Below, piece after piece: positions 1 to 11,772 of a stretch of DNA of 64,000 bases. The DNA comes from Chiloscyllium plagiosum (lineage: Eukaryota): positions 4,557,464 to 4,621,463 of the forward strand of contig NC_057719.1 of the NCBI RefSeq assembly GCF_004010195.1. The letters are read 5' to 3'. A program made the translations under genes and the position numbers. Numbering within the stretch: position 1 is the first letter of the stretch; each line of letters begins with the position of its first letter. The notes beneath the pieces are model-generated. The model saw only the letters and a list, made by a program, of their open reading frames with translations, was not told the origin of the DNA and ran no database searches.

Positions 1-370
1 AAATTGGAGGTGTAGTGGACAGCAAAGAAGGTTACCTATGATGACAATGGGATCTTGATCAAATGGGCTGAGGAGTGGCAGATGGAGTTTAATTTACATA
101 AATGTGAGGTGCTGCATTTTAGAAAAGCAAATCTTAGCAGGATTTATACACTTAATGGTAAGGTCTCAGGGAATGTTGCTGAACAAAGAGACCTTGGAGT
201 GCAGGTTCATAGTTCCTTGAAAGTAGAGTCTCAGGTAGATACAATAGTGAAGAAGGCGTTTGGTATACTTTCCTTTATTGGTCACAGTATTGAGTATGGG
301 AATAGGAAGGGTTTAGAAGGATATGGGCCATATCTGAAGTGTCTGTTTCTATGCTGTACGTCTCAATGAC
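1..370 (+). mobile_element. CR1 LINE 3' fragment (RT C-terminal region and 3' tail, internally deleted)
   Basis: WAEEWQMEFN..KCEVLHF, EQRDLGVQVHSSLKV motifs; same family as 49135-52930. Confidence 0.9.
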
Positions 371-382
371 TGACTGAAAACC

Positions 383-445
383 TGAAATAACTCCACAGAG
401 GCCGATATCCGATCATCGGATCACCCTTTAATTACATATGCAAAG
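383..445 (-). mobile_element. Fragment of Gypsy LTR 3' end (related to LTR 53786-54025)
   Basis: Reverse complement ...ggcctctgtggagttatttca resembles ...gacctccgtggatttatttca at 54005-54025. Confidence 0.55.
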
Positions 446-2730
446 GGGGTGGGGTGGCCATGTTGGTAAGGGATGATATTCAGTCCATTGCGCAGGAGGA
501 CCTAGAATCAGGGGATGTAGAGTCAGTGTGGATAGAGCTGAGATATTCTAAGGGTAAAAAGACCCTCTTGGGAGTTATCCACAGGCCCCCAAACAGTAGT
601 CTGGATCACCTCAAGAAAGAGATTTTGTGGAGTGCCTCCAAGATGGTTTCTTAGAACAGCTGGTGCTGGAGCCTACCAGGGAGAAGGCAATTCTGGATCT
701 CGTATTGTGCAACGAACCAGAATTGATCAGGGACCTCGAAGCAAAGGAGCCATTGGGACGTAGTGACCATAATACAATAAGCTTCAATCTGCAATTTGAA
801 AGGGAGAGGGTACAATCGGAAGTGACAATATTTCTGTTGAATAAAGGGAANNNNNNNNTGGAGGAACAATGGCAGATATTTCTGTGTATAATGCAGAAGA
901 TGCAGGATCAGTTCATTCCAAAAAGGAAGAAAGATCCTATGAGGAGGCAGGGATGGCCATGGCTGACGGGGGAAGTTAAGAAACATATAAAGTTAAAAGA
1001 GAAAAAGTATAACATAGCAAAGATAAGTGGGAAAACGGAGGACTGGGAAGCTTTTAAAGGACAACAGAGGATTACTAAGAAAGAAATAAGTAGAGAAAAA
1101 AAAATGAGGTACGAAGGTAAACTGACCAAAAATATAAAGGATGATAGTAAAAGCTTTTTTAGGTATGTGAAAGACAAAAAAATGGTTAAGATTAAAATTG
1201 GGCCCTTGAAGACAGAAACAGGGGAATATATTACAGGGAACAAAGAAATGGCAGAAGAATTGAATTGGTACTTCAGATCTGTGTTCACTGGGGAAGACAC
1301 AAGCAATCTCCCTGAGGTAACATTGGCTGAAGGACCTGAACTTAAGGGATTTTATATTTGCCAGGAATTGGTGTTGGAGAGACTTTAGGTCTGAAGGTTG
1401 ATAAGTCCCCAGGGCCTGATGGTCTACATCCCAGGGTACTGAAGGAGGTGGCTCGAGAAATCGTGGATGCGTTGGTGATTATTTTCCAGGGTTCGATAGA
1501 TTTGGGATCAGTTCCTGCAGATTGGAGGGTGGCTAATGTTGTACCATTTTTTAAAGAAAGGTGAGAGAGAAAGGAGGAAATTATAGACCAGTTAGTCTGA
1601 CCTCAGTCGTGGGAAAGATGCTGAGTCTATTATAAAGGATGAAATTACGACACATCTGGATAGTAGTAACAGGATAGGTCAGAGTCAGCATGGATTCATG
1701 AAGGGGAAATCATGCTTGACTAATCTTCTGGAATTTTGAGGATGTAACTCTGAAGATGGACAAGGGAGATCCAGTAGATGTAGTGTATCTGGACTTTCAA
1801 AGCTTTTGATAAAGTCCCACATGGGAGGTTAGTGAGCAAAATTAGGGTGCATGGTATTGGGGGCAAGGTACTAACTTGGATTGAAAGTTGTTTGGCTGAT
1901 AGGAAACAGTAGTGATAAACAGCTCCATTTTGGAATGGCAGGCAGTGACCAGTGGGGTATCACAGGGATCAGTGCTGGGACTGCAGCTTTTTACAATATA
2001 TGTTAATGATATAGAAGATGGTATTAGTAACTATCATCAGCAAATTTGCTGATGATAGTAAGCTGGGTGGCAGGGTGAAATGTAAGGAGGATATTAGGAG
2101 ATTACAGGGTGACCTGGACAGGTTAGGTGAGTGGTCAGGTGCATGGCAGATGCAGTTTAATGTGGATAAATGTATGGTTATCCACTATGGTGGCAAGAAN
2201 NNNNNNNNNNNNNNNNNNNNNNNNNNNNNNNNNNNNNNNNNNNNNNNNGCAGCGTAGGTTCACGAGGTCAATTCCTGGAATGGCGGGACTACCTTACGCT
2301 GAAAGACTGGAGCAACTGGGCTTGTATACCCTTGAGTTTAGAAGACGGAGAGGGGATCTGATTGAGACATAAGATTATTAAAGGATTGGACATTCGAGGC
2401 AGGAAACATTTTTCCACTGATGGGTGAGTGCTGAACCAGAGGACGCAGCTTAAAAATATGCGGTAGATCATTTAGGACAGAGAGGAGGAGAAACTTCTTC
2501 ACCCAGAGAATGGTGGCTGTGTGGAATGCTTTGCCCTAGAGGGCAGTGAAGACCCAGTCTCTGGATTTATTTAAGAAAGAGTTGGATAGAGCTCTCAAGG
2601 ATAGTGGAATAAGGGTTATGGAAATAAGGCAGGAACAGGATACTGATTAAGGATGATCAGCCATGATCATATTGAATGGTGGTGCAGGCTCGAAGGGCAG
2701 AATGGCCTACTCCTGTACCTATTGTCTATA
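446..2730 (+). mobile_element. CR1 LINE ORF2 (endonuclease-RT) with 3' tail, degenerate, two N gaps
   Basis: HRPPNS, PTREKAILDLVL, KSPGPDGLHPRVLKE, SKFADD, QRRFTR motifs; tail gaatggcctactcctg. Confidence 0.92.
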
Positions 2731-2769
2731 GTTGACGCCCATCTGGCATCCTCCGACCCTTTGACATTC

Positions 2770-4720
2770 TTGTTTAATAAAATAAAAAAATAAACAGATT
2801 ACAAAAATAGTTTACAACAAACAGTTACATTTACAGCTGCATACAAGAAACAGCAATTTTACAAGGGAGAGGAGCAGCAAACAGTTTACAGGGACATGAG
2901 GACAAACCTCAAATCCCAGTTTCACAAAGATATAAAGAGACAACAGCAATGACAGTTGTACATTAGACAGTACTGTTACATACAAAAGTGCAGACAATAC
3001 AGACTCGCAAGCCCCCACCCCTCCCACCTTCCGACCACTCTAAGGCAGCCCTCCCCTACCCACCTTCCAGATCTCGGTCCACCCCATGCCCCTTCCAGTT
3101 CAGTCCGCCCAGACACACCTTTCGACCACCTCTAGGACAGCCCACCACCCAGGGTGACAGTGGTCAGGACAGCCTACCCACCTTCTGGCTTCACTAACCA
3201 CCCTCAGCACCTTCCAACCACCTCTGGGGCAGCCCGCCCTGGTACCTGCCCAGGGTGACAGCGCTGAGGACAGCTACCCACCTTCTAGCTCTCGGTCTGC
3301 CCCTACATACCATTGGGCTCTCACCTACCCCATTGCACATCCGACCAGTGGGCTATCCTGGCACACCTTTCGGCCACCTCTAGGACGACAGCGTGTAGGG
3401 TAGCCCACAAGCCTTCTGGATCTCAGCCCGCCCCTACGCACCTTCTGGCTCTCGGCTGCTGACACCTTTCGACCACCTCTAGGACAGCCCATCCCGATTA
3501 CCCCTTAACGGGACGACAGTGCTCAGAACAGCCTACCCACCATCTGGCTCAGGGCACCTGGCATCAGTGTGGCCTACCCACCCTCTGGCTCTCGGGGTGA
3601 CAGCTTTCAGGACGACCAATGAGCCTCCCAGCTCACAGCAAGGCCTGCCAGACCCAGGGACACACAAAACAGTGCAGGTGATAGACCCAGGAAACACCAA
3701 AAGTTATTTACCCAAAAAACCTCCTTTCTGGTACACAGTCCAAATCTATACAGTCTTCAAGTTATGGAATCCATTTCCAGGAAGAGTCCACTCCAGTATA
3801 CAATGCGCAATGTCAGAATTAGAGTCCGCTCCAAACTGCAGAGTCCATTGTTAAAAACAGTCCACAACCAAGGGCAGAGTCCACTCCTGGAGGCAGCAAA
3901 TGCACACCCCACTGCACACAGGTGTTCAGTCTCAATGGAGTCCTGGTCCAGCCTTGGAGAGCCAGGCCCACTCACAGGAACAGGTGCAAGTGCAGTTAGC
4001 TCAGGGGTTTGGTCCACTCCTGAAGGAAAGGTCTTCTCCCAAACTCCAGGATACAGCAACTGCTCATCTCCCAGCATACACACACACACACACAGGTGTT
4101 CAATCTTCAGAGGCCCAGTCCCAGTGCTAGGCCTCCCCACAGGAACAGCTCCTCTAGTAAAGTGTATGTCTTCCACAGGGCTCAGTCCAAACACCAATAA
4201 AAAGTGAAGACACATACAAAAAACAAAAGAAAACTATGAGTCCAAGGGCTAAGCCCTACCATAAAATTAACATTGTCCTTTTCTCAGAAAGAGGAGAGTG
4301 TAACACAGGCTGTAACCAACCAGTGAAACAACAACCCCCTAATGAGAACAGAGTTACACCTGAAACATTATGTGCATCAGGAGTTTAACAATAAGTCCTC
4401 ACTAAAAGGAATGCCAGTTAACAAACTGGCTAAATAATTCAGCCAGTTCAGGAATCCGGTTTCCCCCTCCAAAAAAAGCAGAAACTCAGTAACATACTGA
4501 CTATAGCACCAGCCAGCACAGAATCAGTCCCCTAAACTAAGAAGGCCTCTCTCTCCCGTTTTTTTTTCTCCGTTTATATTTTATTTTTTTTATATTTTAT
4601 TAAACAAATTACAAAACAGTTTACAAAAAAACATTGACAGCTGTACACAAAAGACAGCAGTTTTACAAGGGAGAGGAGCAGCAAAGCTCAGCCCCGAACC
4701 CTACCGTTCAACCATTTTAC
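2770..4720 (-). repeat. Unclassified interspersed repeat with internal minisatellite and duplicated A-rich end (possibly long 3' UTR of a non-LTR element)
   Basis: 2790-2883 repeated at 4601-4685, both beside T-rich or AATAAA(-) tracts. 4275-4455(-) is homologous to 45280-45467(+). Mosaic tandem units at 3020-3650. Confidence 0.5.
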
Positions 4721-4953
4721 AGGGAGAGGAGGACAACATGGTTTGTGTGTTGCCTCCCAGGGGCTAGGGTCCGTGATGTCTCGGATTGTGTCTTTGGGGT
4801 CATGAAGGGAGAGGGTGATTAACTCTAACTCATAGTCCATATCGGTACCAATGTCAAAGGTACAAAGAGGGATAGGGATGTAATGCAGGATTTCGGGAGC
4901 GAGGGTGGAAGCTGAGAACTAGAACAAACAGAGTTGTTATCTCTTGTTTGTTA

Positions 4954-5045
4954 GCTGAAAATGTGTTGCTGGAAAAGCGCAGCAGGTCAGGCAGCATCCA
5001 AGGAACAGGAGAATCGACGTTTTGGGCATAAGCCCTTCTTCAGGA
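4954..5045 (-). mobile_element. PLE terminal-repeat mini-insertion (family A) with mutated hammerhead
   Basis: rc ctgaagaagggcttatgcccaaaacgtcga; TSD 4939-4953 / 5046-5060 (2 mismatches). Confidence 0.8.
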
Positions 5046-6023
5046 ATCTATGGTTTGTTACCCGTGCCATGTGAGACTGAGGCGAAGAACAGGGAGAGAT
5101 ATCAGCTTGACACGTGGCTGCAGGGATGGTGCAGGAGGGAGGGTTTCAGGTATACAGATAATTGGGCTTCATTCTGGGGAAGGTGGGACCTGTACAAACC
5201 GGACGTTCTTCACTTGAACCAGAGAGGTATTAATATCATGAGTGGGAAATATGCTGGTGCTATTTTGGTGAGATAAACTAGCTCACCGGAGGTGGGTGTG
5301 TGTGTGTGTTCCAATAGACAGGTGGATAAGATTAGGAAGGACATGGACAAGATTTCATGGACACAGGAGCATGCTGGCAGACAGCAAACTGGTTTGAAGT
5401 GTGTCTACTTCAACACCAAGAGTATCCGGAAACAGTTAGGTGAGCTTGCAGCATGGATCGGTACCTAGGACTTCAATGTTGTGATCATGACTGAGACATG
5501 CATAAAGCAAGATCAGGAATGGGTGTTGCAAGTTCCAGTGTTTAGATCTTTCAAAGAAATCAGGGAAGGCGGTAACAGAGAGGGTGGTGTGGCTTTGTTA
5601 GTCAAGGACAGTATAATGATGGATAGAAGAACTATTGACGTGGTCTAATCGACATGGGTGGCATGGGCTGAGGATAGAAACAGGAAAGGAGAGGTCACAT
5701 CGCTGGGAGTTTTTTATAGTCCTCTGCAAAGTTCCTGGAATGTGGAGGAGAGGATTGGCAAATCGATTCTGGGCAGAAGTGAAAGGTACAAGGTGGTCAT
5801 TATGGGGGAATTTAACTTCCCCAACATTGACTGGAAATGCCACAACTCTATTACGTCGGATGGATCAGCGTTTGTCCAATGTGTGCAGGAGGGTTTTCTG
5901 ACACAGTACATCGAAGGGCCGACAAGTCGGGAGACCACATTAGATCTGGTGCTTGGTAATGAACAAGGCCAAGTGTTTGCTTTAGAAATAGGTAAGCACA
6001 TTAGAGAGAGTGACTACAATTCA

Positions 6024-6162
6024 AAGTTAAAAATCACATAACACCAGGTTATACTCCAACAGGTTTAATTGGAAGCACTAGTTTTCGTAATGCTGCTCCT
6101 TCATCAGGTGGTGTAATTTTTAACTTTGTACGCCCCAGTCCAACACCGCCATCTCCAAATCA
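6024..6162. mobile_element. Self-inverted PLE terminal-repeat mini-insertion (family B)
   Basis: Minus segment with decayed hammerhead, then plus segment ending ctccaaatca; TSD tgactacaattca / tgaccataattca (6011-6023 / 6163-6175). Confidence 0.8.
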
Positions 6163-7998
6163 TGACCATAATTCAGTTATATTTAGTTTAGTGATGGAAA
6201 AGAATACATACATGCCACAGGGCAAGAGTTATAGATAGGGAGAGGGCAATTATAAGGCGATTAGGCAGGACTAAGGAGGTTACGAATGGGGCAGCAAAAT
6301 GCAGGGGATGGAGACAATCGAAATGTGGTACTGGCTTAAGGAACAGATATTGTGTGTCTTTGATAGATATGTCCCTGTCAGGCAAGGAGGAGGTGGTAAG
6401 AGAACTGAAAAGATGGTAAGGGAACCGTGGTTTAAGAAAAAAAAAGATATCTCTCATTCAGCAGAAGAGAGAGGCTAATGTGATGTTGGAATGAGATGGT
6501 TCAGATGAGGCGATGGTGAGTTACAGATAAGCTAGATAGGATTTACAGGTAGAGTTAAGAAGAGCAAGGAGGGGACATGAGCAGTCTTTAGCAGGTACAA
6601 TAAAGGAGAACACTAAAATTTACTCCAGATATGTGAGGAATAAAATGATGACTTAGGTAGGAAAAGGCCATGTCAAAGGCAGAAGTGGGAAGTTGTGTGT
6701 GGACCCTGTGGAGATTGAAGAGGTGCTGAATGAATATTTCCCATCTGTTCTCACTAAGGAAAAGGAGAATATTGTAGAGGAGAATACTAAGATACACATT
6801 ATGAGACTTGAAAGGAGCTTAGTAAGGAGAAGGTGTTATTATTTCTAGAATGATTGAAAGTAGGTAAGTCCCTGGGCCAGATGGGATTTTTCTGAGAATT
6901 CACTGGGAAGCTAGGAAAGAGATGGCAGAGCCTTTGGCCATGATGTTTAAGTCGTCATTGTCTACAGGTTTAGTACCAGAGCATTGGAGGATTGCAAATG
7001 TTGTGCCCATGTTCAAGAGGGGCTGTAGAGCTGACCTAGGTAATTGTAGACAAGTGAGCCTTATGTCTGTTGTAGGAAAAGTTTTAGAAAGGATTATAAG
7101 AGATAGGATTTATAATCATCTCACAAGCAACAATTTGATTGGATATAGTAGATATGGAATTGTCAAGAGCAGGTTGTGTCTCACAAACCTCATTGATTTT
7201 TTTGGGACGGTGACCAAGCGTATTGATGATGGTAGGACAGTTGACATAGTGTACATAGACATCAGTAAAGCTTTAATCGGATTCCACATGGTAGGCTACT
7301 GGATAAAATGCAGAGGCATGTGATCGAAGGTTAGTTAGCTTTTGGATTAGAAACTGGCTTTCTGTAAGAAGGCAACGACTGATGGTTGATGGAAACTATT
7401 CAGCCTGGAATCCGGTTACTAGTAATGTGCCACAGGATCTGTTTTGTGACCATTGCTGTTTGCTATTTTTAGAAACGACTTGGACGCTGGCAGAGGTAAG
7501 TTTGCAGATGGTACTAAGTTGGTGGAATGGTGGACAGTGTGGAAGAATGTTGCAGTTTGCAGAGAAACTTCAGAACTGGGCTGAAAGGTGGCAACTGGAG
7601 TTCAATGCAGATAAATGTGAGGTTATTCACTTTGGGAAGAATAACAGGAAGGCAGAATACTGGGTCAATGGAAAGATTCTTGGGAGTGTGGATTTGCAGA
7701 GGAAATTTGGTGTCCACATACTTAGATCCCTAAAAGTTTCCTCCCAGGGTTGATAGTGCTGTTAAGAAGGCATACAATATGTTAGGTTTTATTGGTAGAG
7801 GGATTGAGTTCAGCAGCTGTGTTGTAATGCTGCAACTGTGCAAAATGCTAATACTGACTCGGAATGCTGTGTATAGTTCTGGTCACCCCATTACAGGAGC
7901 GATGAGGAAGCATCAGAAAAGACGCAGAGGAGAGTTACCAGACTGTTTCCTGATCTGAAGCAAAGGTCTTATGAGGAATGGCTGAGGCACTTGGGTCT

Positions 7999-8096
7999 AC
8001 AAAGTTAATTTCCAATTAAACCTGTTGGACTAAAACCTGGTGCTGTGTGGTTTTTAATTTTGTACACCCCAGTCCAACACCGGCATCTCCAAATCA
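7999..8096 (+). mobile_element. PLE family B terminal fragment inside CR1
   Basis: ccaattaaacctgttggact...ctccaaatca, flanked by duplicated acttgggtct. Confidence 0.75.
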
Positions 8097-8227
8097 GGAC
8101 TTGGGTCTGTTCTCATTGGAGAGGAGAAGGATAAGAGGTGATTTAATAGAAACACACAAGATGGTCCGAGGATTAGATATTGTGGACAATGAGAGTCTAT
8201 TTCCTAGGATGATGACATTGGCTTTTA

Positions 8228-8630
8228 CCTTGGAGAAGGAGCACGCGGTGTCGACCAATACCCTGGAGTTGTTCAGGGAGAGGTGGGCGCCGCAGGGGGT
8301 CGTGTGCATCATTTCTCCCTCCAATTCTATTTTGATTTAGTTCCTACCCTCCCCTTCACTGTTTTGATCACACAGCACTGTCCCTTGATGTGAAGGGCAG
8401 TGTTTGTCACTGGCCACCCGGGTGTTTTCCTATCTTCCTGGTGGTGGAATTTGAATAAAGATTGGTGCACTTTGTGTCTTTCACTGTCTCACACCTGCAC
8501 ACACACACCATGGGGAAAAAAAATATAACAGGAATTGGCTGCCTGCCCCTCTTCCCCGGTTACGTTAGGGCCCGGGTGTCCTTGGAGAAGGAGCACGCGG
8601 TGTCGACCAACACCCTGGGGAAAAAAAAAA
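8228..8630 (+). mobile_element. Two tandem 3' fragments of a Tx1/L1-clade non-LTR element
   Basis: C-terminal LEKEHAVSTNTLELFRERWAPQG..CII.P.N.ILI*, AATAAA at 8454, A tails at 8516-8523 and 8621-8630. Confidence 0.6.
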
Positions 8631-8717
8631 TTACCACAGTGGCAAAAAAAAGTCTAACATGAGGGATTTAAAGTCCTAATGTTACAAATCAACACTTAGT
8701 GACTTCTCCGAACATGA

Positions 8718-10191
8718 CTTGGAGATGCAGCTGTTGGACTGGGGTGTACAAAGTTAAAAATCACACAACACCAGGTTATAGTCCAACAGGTTTAATTGGA
8801 AGCACTAGCTTTCGGAGCGCCGTGCCTTCATCAGGTGGTTGTGAAGTACACAATTGTAAGACACAGAATTTATAGCAAAAGTTTACAGTGTGATGTAACA
8901 GAAATTATACATTGAAAAATATCTCGATTGTTGTTGAGTCTCTCATCTGTTAGAATGACCATGATAGTTTCAATTCTTTCATCTGTAAATCACAAACTTT
9001 TTTTAAAAGTTGCATTCTCCAGTTAACTGCAACAATTGGTGTCAGCCAGATAAGATGTTGAGATGTTGAAGGTGTTAGCCCCCTGCATTCCCTGTCTGTG
9101 CCATAAAGTTTAGACCGATTCTAATCTAAAAAGTGAGTTAACAGAGTCTTACATGGATTCATGCAGTTTTGGAGCAAAGTGCAATGTAACTCTGCAAGTA
9201 CAAATTCACCCACAAACATATATGTGTATGTGTGCATGTGGGTTTGTGTGCGTGTGTCTATCTGGGGTGGGGATTGTGAGTGTCTGAGAGAGAGAGTGTA
9301 TACACGTGTGTGTGTGAGTGTAAAGTGTCTAAGTCTGTGAGAGGAAGCATGTGTGAATGTGTGTCTGGGATGGGGGGTTGTGAGTGTCTGTGAGAGAGAG
9401 TGTATACACGTGTGTGTGAGTGTAAAGTGGTCTAAGTCTGTGAGAGGGTGCATGTGGGAGTGTGTGCGTGTCTGTGTATACGTGTGTCTGTGTGTATAGG
9501 AGTGCTTGTGTGTGTGTGTGTGTAGGAGTGTCTGTATGTATGTATAGTGCAATGGTGGTCACCTGTAGTGTGACATGAACCCAAGGTCCCGGTTGAGGCC
9601 CTCCCTATGGGTACGGAACTTAGCTATCAGCCTCTGCTCGGCCACTTTTTGCTGCTGCTGTCTCGAAGTTCGCCTTGAAGGATGGTCACTCAAAGGTCCA
9701 ATATCGAGTGTCCTGGACCGCTGAAGTGTTCCCCAACTAGGAGGGAACACTCCTGTCTGTTCATTGTTATGCAGTGCCCATTCATCCGTTGTCGTAGCCT
9801 TTGTTTGGTTTCAGCAATGTACCATGCCTCAGGGCATCTTTGCCTGCAGTGTATGAGATAGACAAGGTTGGCTGAGTTGCATGAGTACCTACCACGTACA
9901 TGGTGGGAGGTGTCCCCACGTGTAATGGTGGTGTCCATGTCCACACAAGAATGTAACTTTAAAAAAATGTTTTGTGATTTACATATGAAAGTAGTGAAAC
10001 TATGATGGTCACTCTAACAGATGAGAGACTTAACAAACAATCAAAATATTTTTCAATGTATAATTTCTGTTACATCACACTAAAGCTTTACTATAAATTC
10101 TGTGTCTTACAATTGTGTCCTGCACAACCACCTGATGAAGGAGCAGTGCTTCAAAAGCTTCCAATTAAACCTGTTGGACTATAACCTGGTG
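8718..10191 (-). mobile_element. 5'-truncated Penelope-like element (family B): GIY-YIG endonuclease, (CA)n-rich 3' UTR, inverted pseudo-LTR
   Basis: GRYSCNSANLVYLIHCRQRCPEAWYIAETKQRLRQRMNGH and EQRLIAKFRTHREGLNRD on the - strand; 8769-9018 inverted at 9948-10193; TSD 8704-8717 / 10192-10205. Confidence 0.9.
9220..9545. repeat. (TG)n/(GA)n compound microsatellite within the PLE 3' UTR
   Basis: Directly visible; internal ~65-bp unit duplicated (9275-9342 / 9380-9445). Confidence 0.85.
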
Positions 10192-10425
10192 TTCTCTGAG
10201 CATGAACTCTTTTGTGAATTTGATCTCACTTTGTATTGATAAAATAGCATAATCCCTTATATATTAAAGTGTCAAAATGTTACATGTATGCATTTTTATA
10301 GAGAATGTACTTTTGTGTATGAAAAAGCAGTGTTGCAGGTTATGGAGAAGAGCCAGTGCTGTATCCACTTTAGCTGGATGGAATACTCAATGCTTGGACC
10401 AACCTGACATTTGTTCATTCTTCAG

Positions 10426-10582
10426 CTTCTCAATAATACTCAGAGTCGGGCAAGTTATGCCAGTTCAGCGCATTCTTTTGTGAGCAATGGGGACAGCTAC
10501 AGTTCACTCTGCAATGAACCAATGTATCAGCTATTGGAAAAGACCAGTGAAGATGACTATGACACTGATGTGGAGCTTGATG
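10426..10582 (+). CDS. LRRC74A: LRRC74A-like gene, first visible coding exon (LLNNTQSRASYASS...SEDDYDTDVELD-G)
   Basis: Branch-like CTGAC (10404) plus ttgttcattcttcag acceptor; GTGAGA donor at 10583 (phase 1). Acidic DYDTDVE motif resembles the LRRC74 N-terminal 'TDLE' motif. Joins in frame to the next exon. Confidence 0.7.
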
Positions 10583-11169
10583 GTGAGAAAATAGAAATCA
10601 TGATCAAACTGCTGTTCATGCAAAATACAGTTCAAAGCTAATCCTGGGCCCCTGAAGGAGTAAAATATGTAATAATAGCTAGAGTGGGGAAATTTTGCAG
10701 CCCAGTTCCAGTTTTTTAAATTCATTAATTTTGTGAGATGTGGGTGTCACTTGGTGGTTAGCATATTTTGCCTGCCCCTATCTGCAATCATTGGCAGACT
10801 TGTAGTTTTGTGCTGTCCACATGGGATTTCACTAAAATTAACGTAATACTGACGGCTGTCTCTCCAGTGAAGGAAAGATCATTTACATTCATTGGTGATT
10901 TTGATGACCTTGGAATAGTCAAAAGCATTTTGAAGTCACTTTTGAAATACAGACACATTTCTACAGATGAAGAATGGAATTTAATGGCCCCTTAAGAAGT
11001 GGCTTGGGGCATGGGTAGAAGTCATATACTCAGATGAGGAGTTCCCCACATTCTATATCATCCATGTCTTTCTCCACAATCTATCACTTTCCCAACATCT
11101 CCTTATAGAGTTGGGTCGGGAGGTTGAGTTCATTTTTCCCATCCCTAAGCCAATTGGGGCTCAGATGTT

Positions 11170-11428
11170 GGGGACATAAATTTAAGGTGAAGGGTGGAAG
11201 GTATAGGGGAGATGTCAGGGGTGGGTTCTTTACCCAGAGAGTGGTGGGGGCATGGAATGCGCTGCCCGTGGGAGTGGTAGAGTCGGAATCATTGGCGACC
11301 TTTAAGCGGCATTTGGATAGGTACATGGATGGGTACTTAATCTAGGTTAGAAGTTCGGCACAACATCGTGGGCCGAAGGGCCTGTTCTGTGCTGTATTGT
11401 TCTATGTTCTATGTTCTATGTTCTATGT
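11170..11428 (+). mobile_element. CR1 3' end with (TTCTATG)n tail
   Basis: GHKFKVKGGRYRGDVRG.FFTQRVVGAWNALP; tandem ttctatg tail. Confidence 0.9.
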
Positions 11429-11602
11429 GATCAGTTAAGGGCCACAAAATTTTCATGCACTGTCACTGCCATGCTAACTCCATGACATGTGACAAAGTTA
11501 CTAAGTATGCTTTGATTTTGCATTGTGTATTCTATAGAATTACATTAATCTTCAACTGTTTAAGTATTCTTTTACCTCATGCATCCCCACCACCTTTATA
11601 AG

Positions 11603-11772
11603 GAAAACCTGGAGAAACTGTAACTGAAGAGCAGGTCTATCGTAGGGCATGTGAGGAAGTTGGAGTCAGTCCAATATCTTACTACATTCGGCACCATCAC
11701 GATGCTCACCTTAACCTGAACTATCGCTGCATGTCACCCAAAGCAGTGAAGGCCTTGTCAATTGCACTCGTG
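11603..11772 (+). CDS. LRRC74A: LRRC74A-like exon (GKPGETVTEEQVYRRACEEVGVSPISYYIRHHHDAHLNLNYRCMSPKAVKALSIALV)
   Basis: tttataag acceptor, GTAAGT donor, phase 1 to 0. Matches recalled LRRC74A segment Y.EAC..GV.P.SYFIR....LNL...GP...KAIAIALV. Confidence 0.9.

Larger units (their letters stand above)
4725..8225 (+). mobile_element. Degenerate CR1 LINE (ORF1 esterase part plus ORF2) interrupted by three PLE mini-insertions
   Basis: VCCLPGARVRDVSD and WLQGWCRREGF..WGRWDLYK.D.LHLN (ORF1); GEFNFPNIDW, WRIANVVPMFK, WAERWQLEFN (ORF2). Confidence 0.9.

Noticed and set aside
3113..3620. Repeat-spacer pattern resembling a CRISPR array
   Set aside because: Repeats are degenerate and irregularly spaced, spacers are themselves repetitive, context is vertebrate, and no cas genes are present
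3757..4215. Overlapping 147-aa and 152-aa ORFs on both strands
   Set aside because: Low-complexity, repeat-derived sequence with no recognisable domain or splice context
9121..9562. His/Thr-rich ORFs (also 46172-46395)
   Set aside because: Translations of (CA)n/(TG)n microsatellite in PLE UTRs
10342..10425. ATG at 10342 in frame with the first visible exon but interrupted by TGA at 10405 (possible selenocysteine/readthrough, or frameshifted longer exon)
   Set aside because: The TGA lies within a canonical branch-point CTGAC followed by a pyrimidine tract and CAG at 10425. An ordinary intron 3' end is simpler, and no SECIS evidence is visible.
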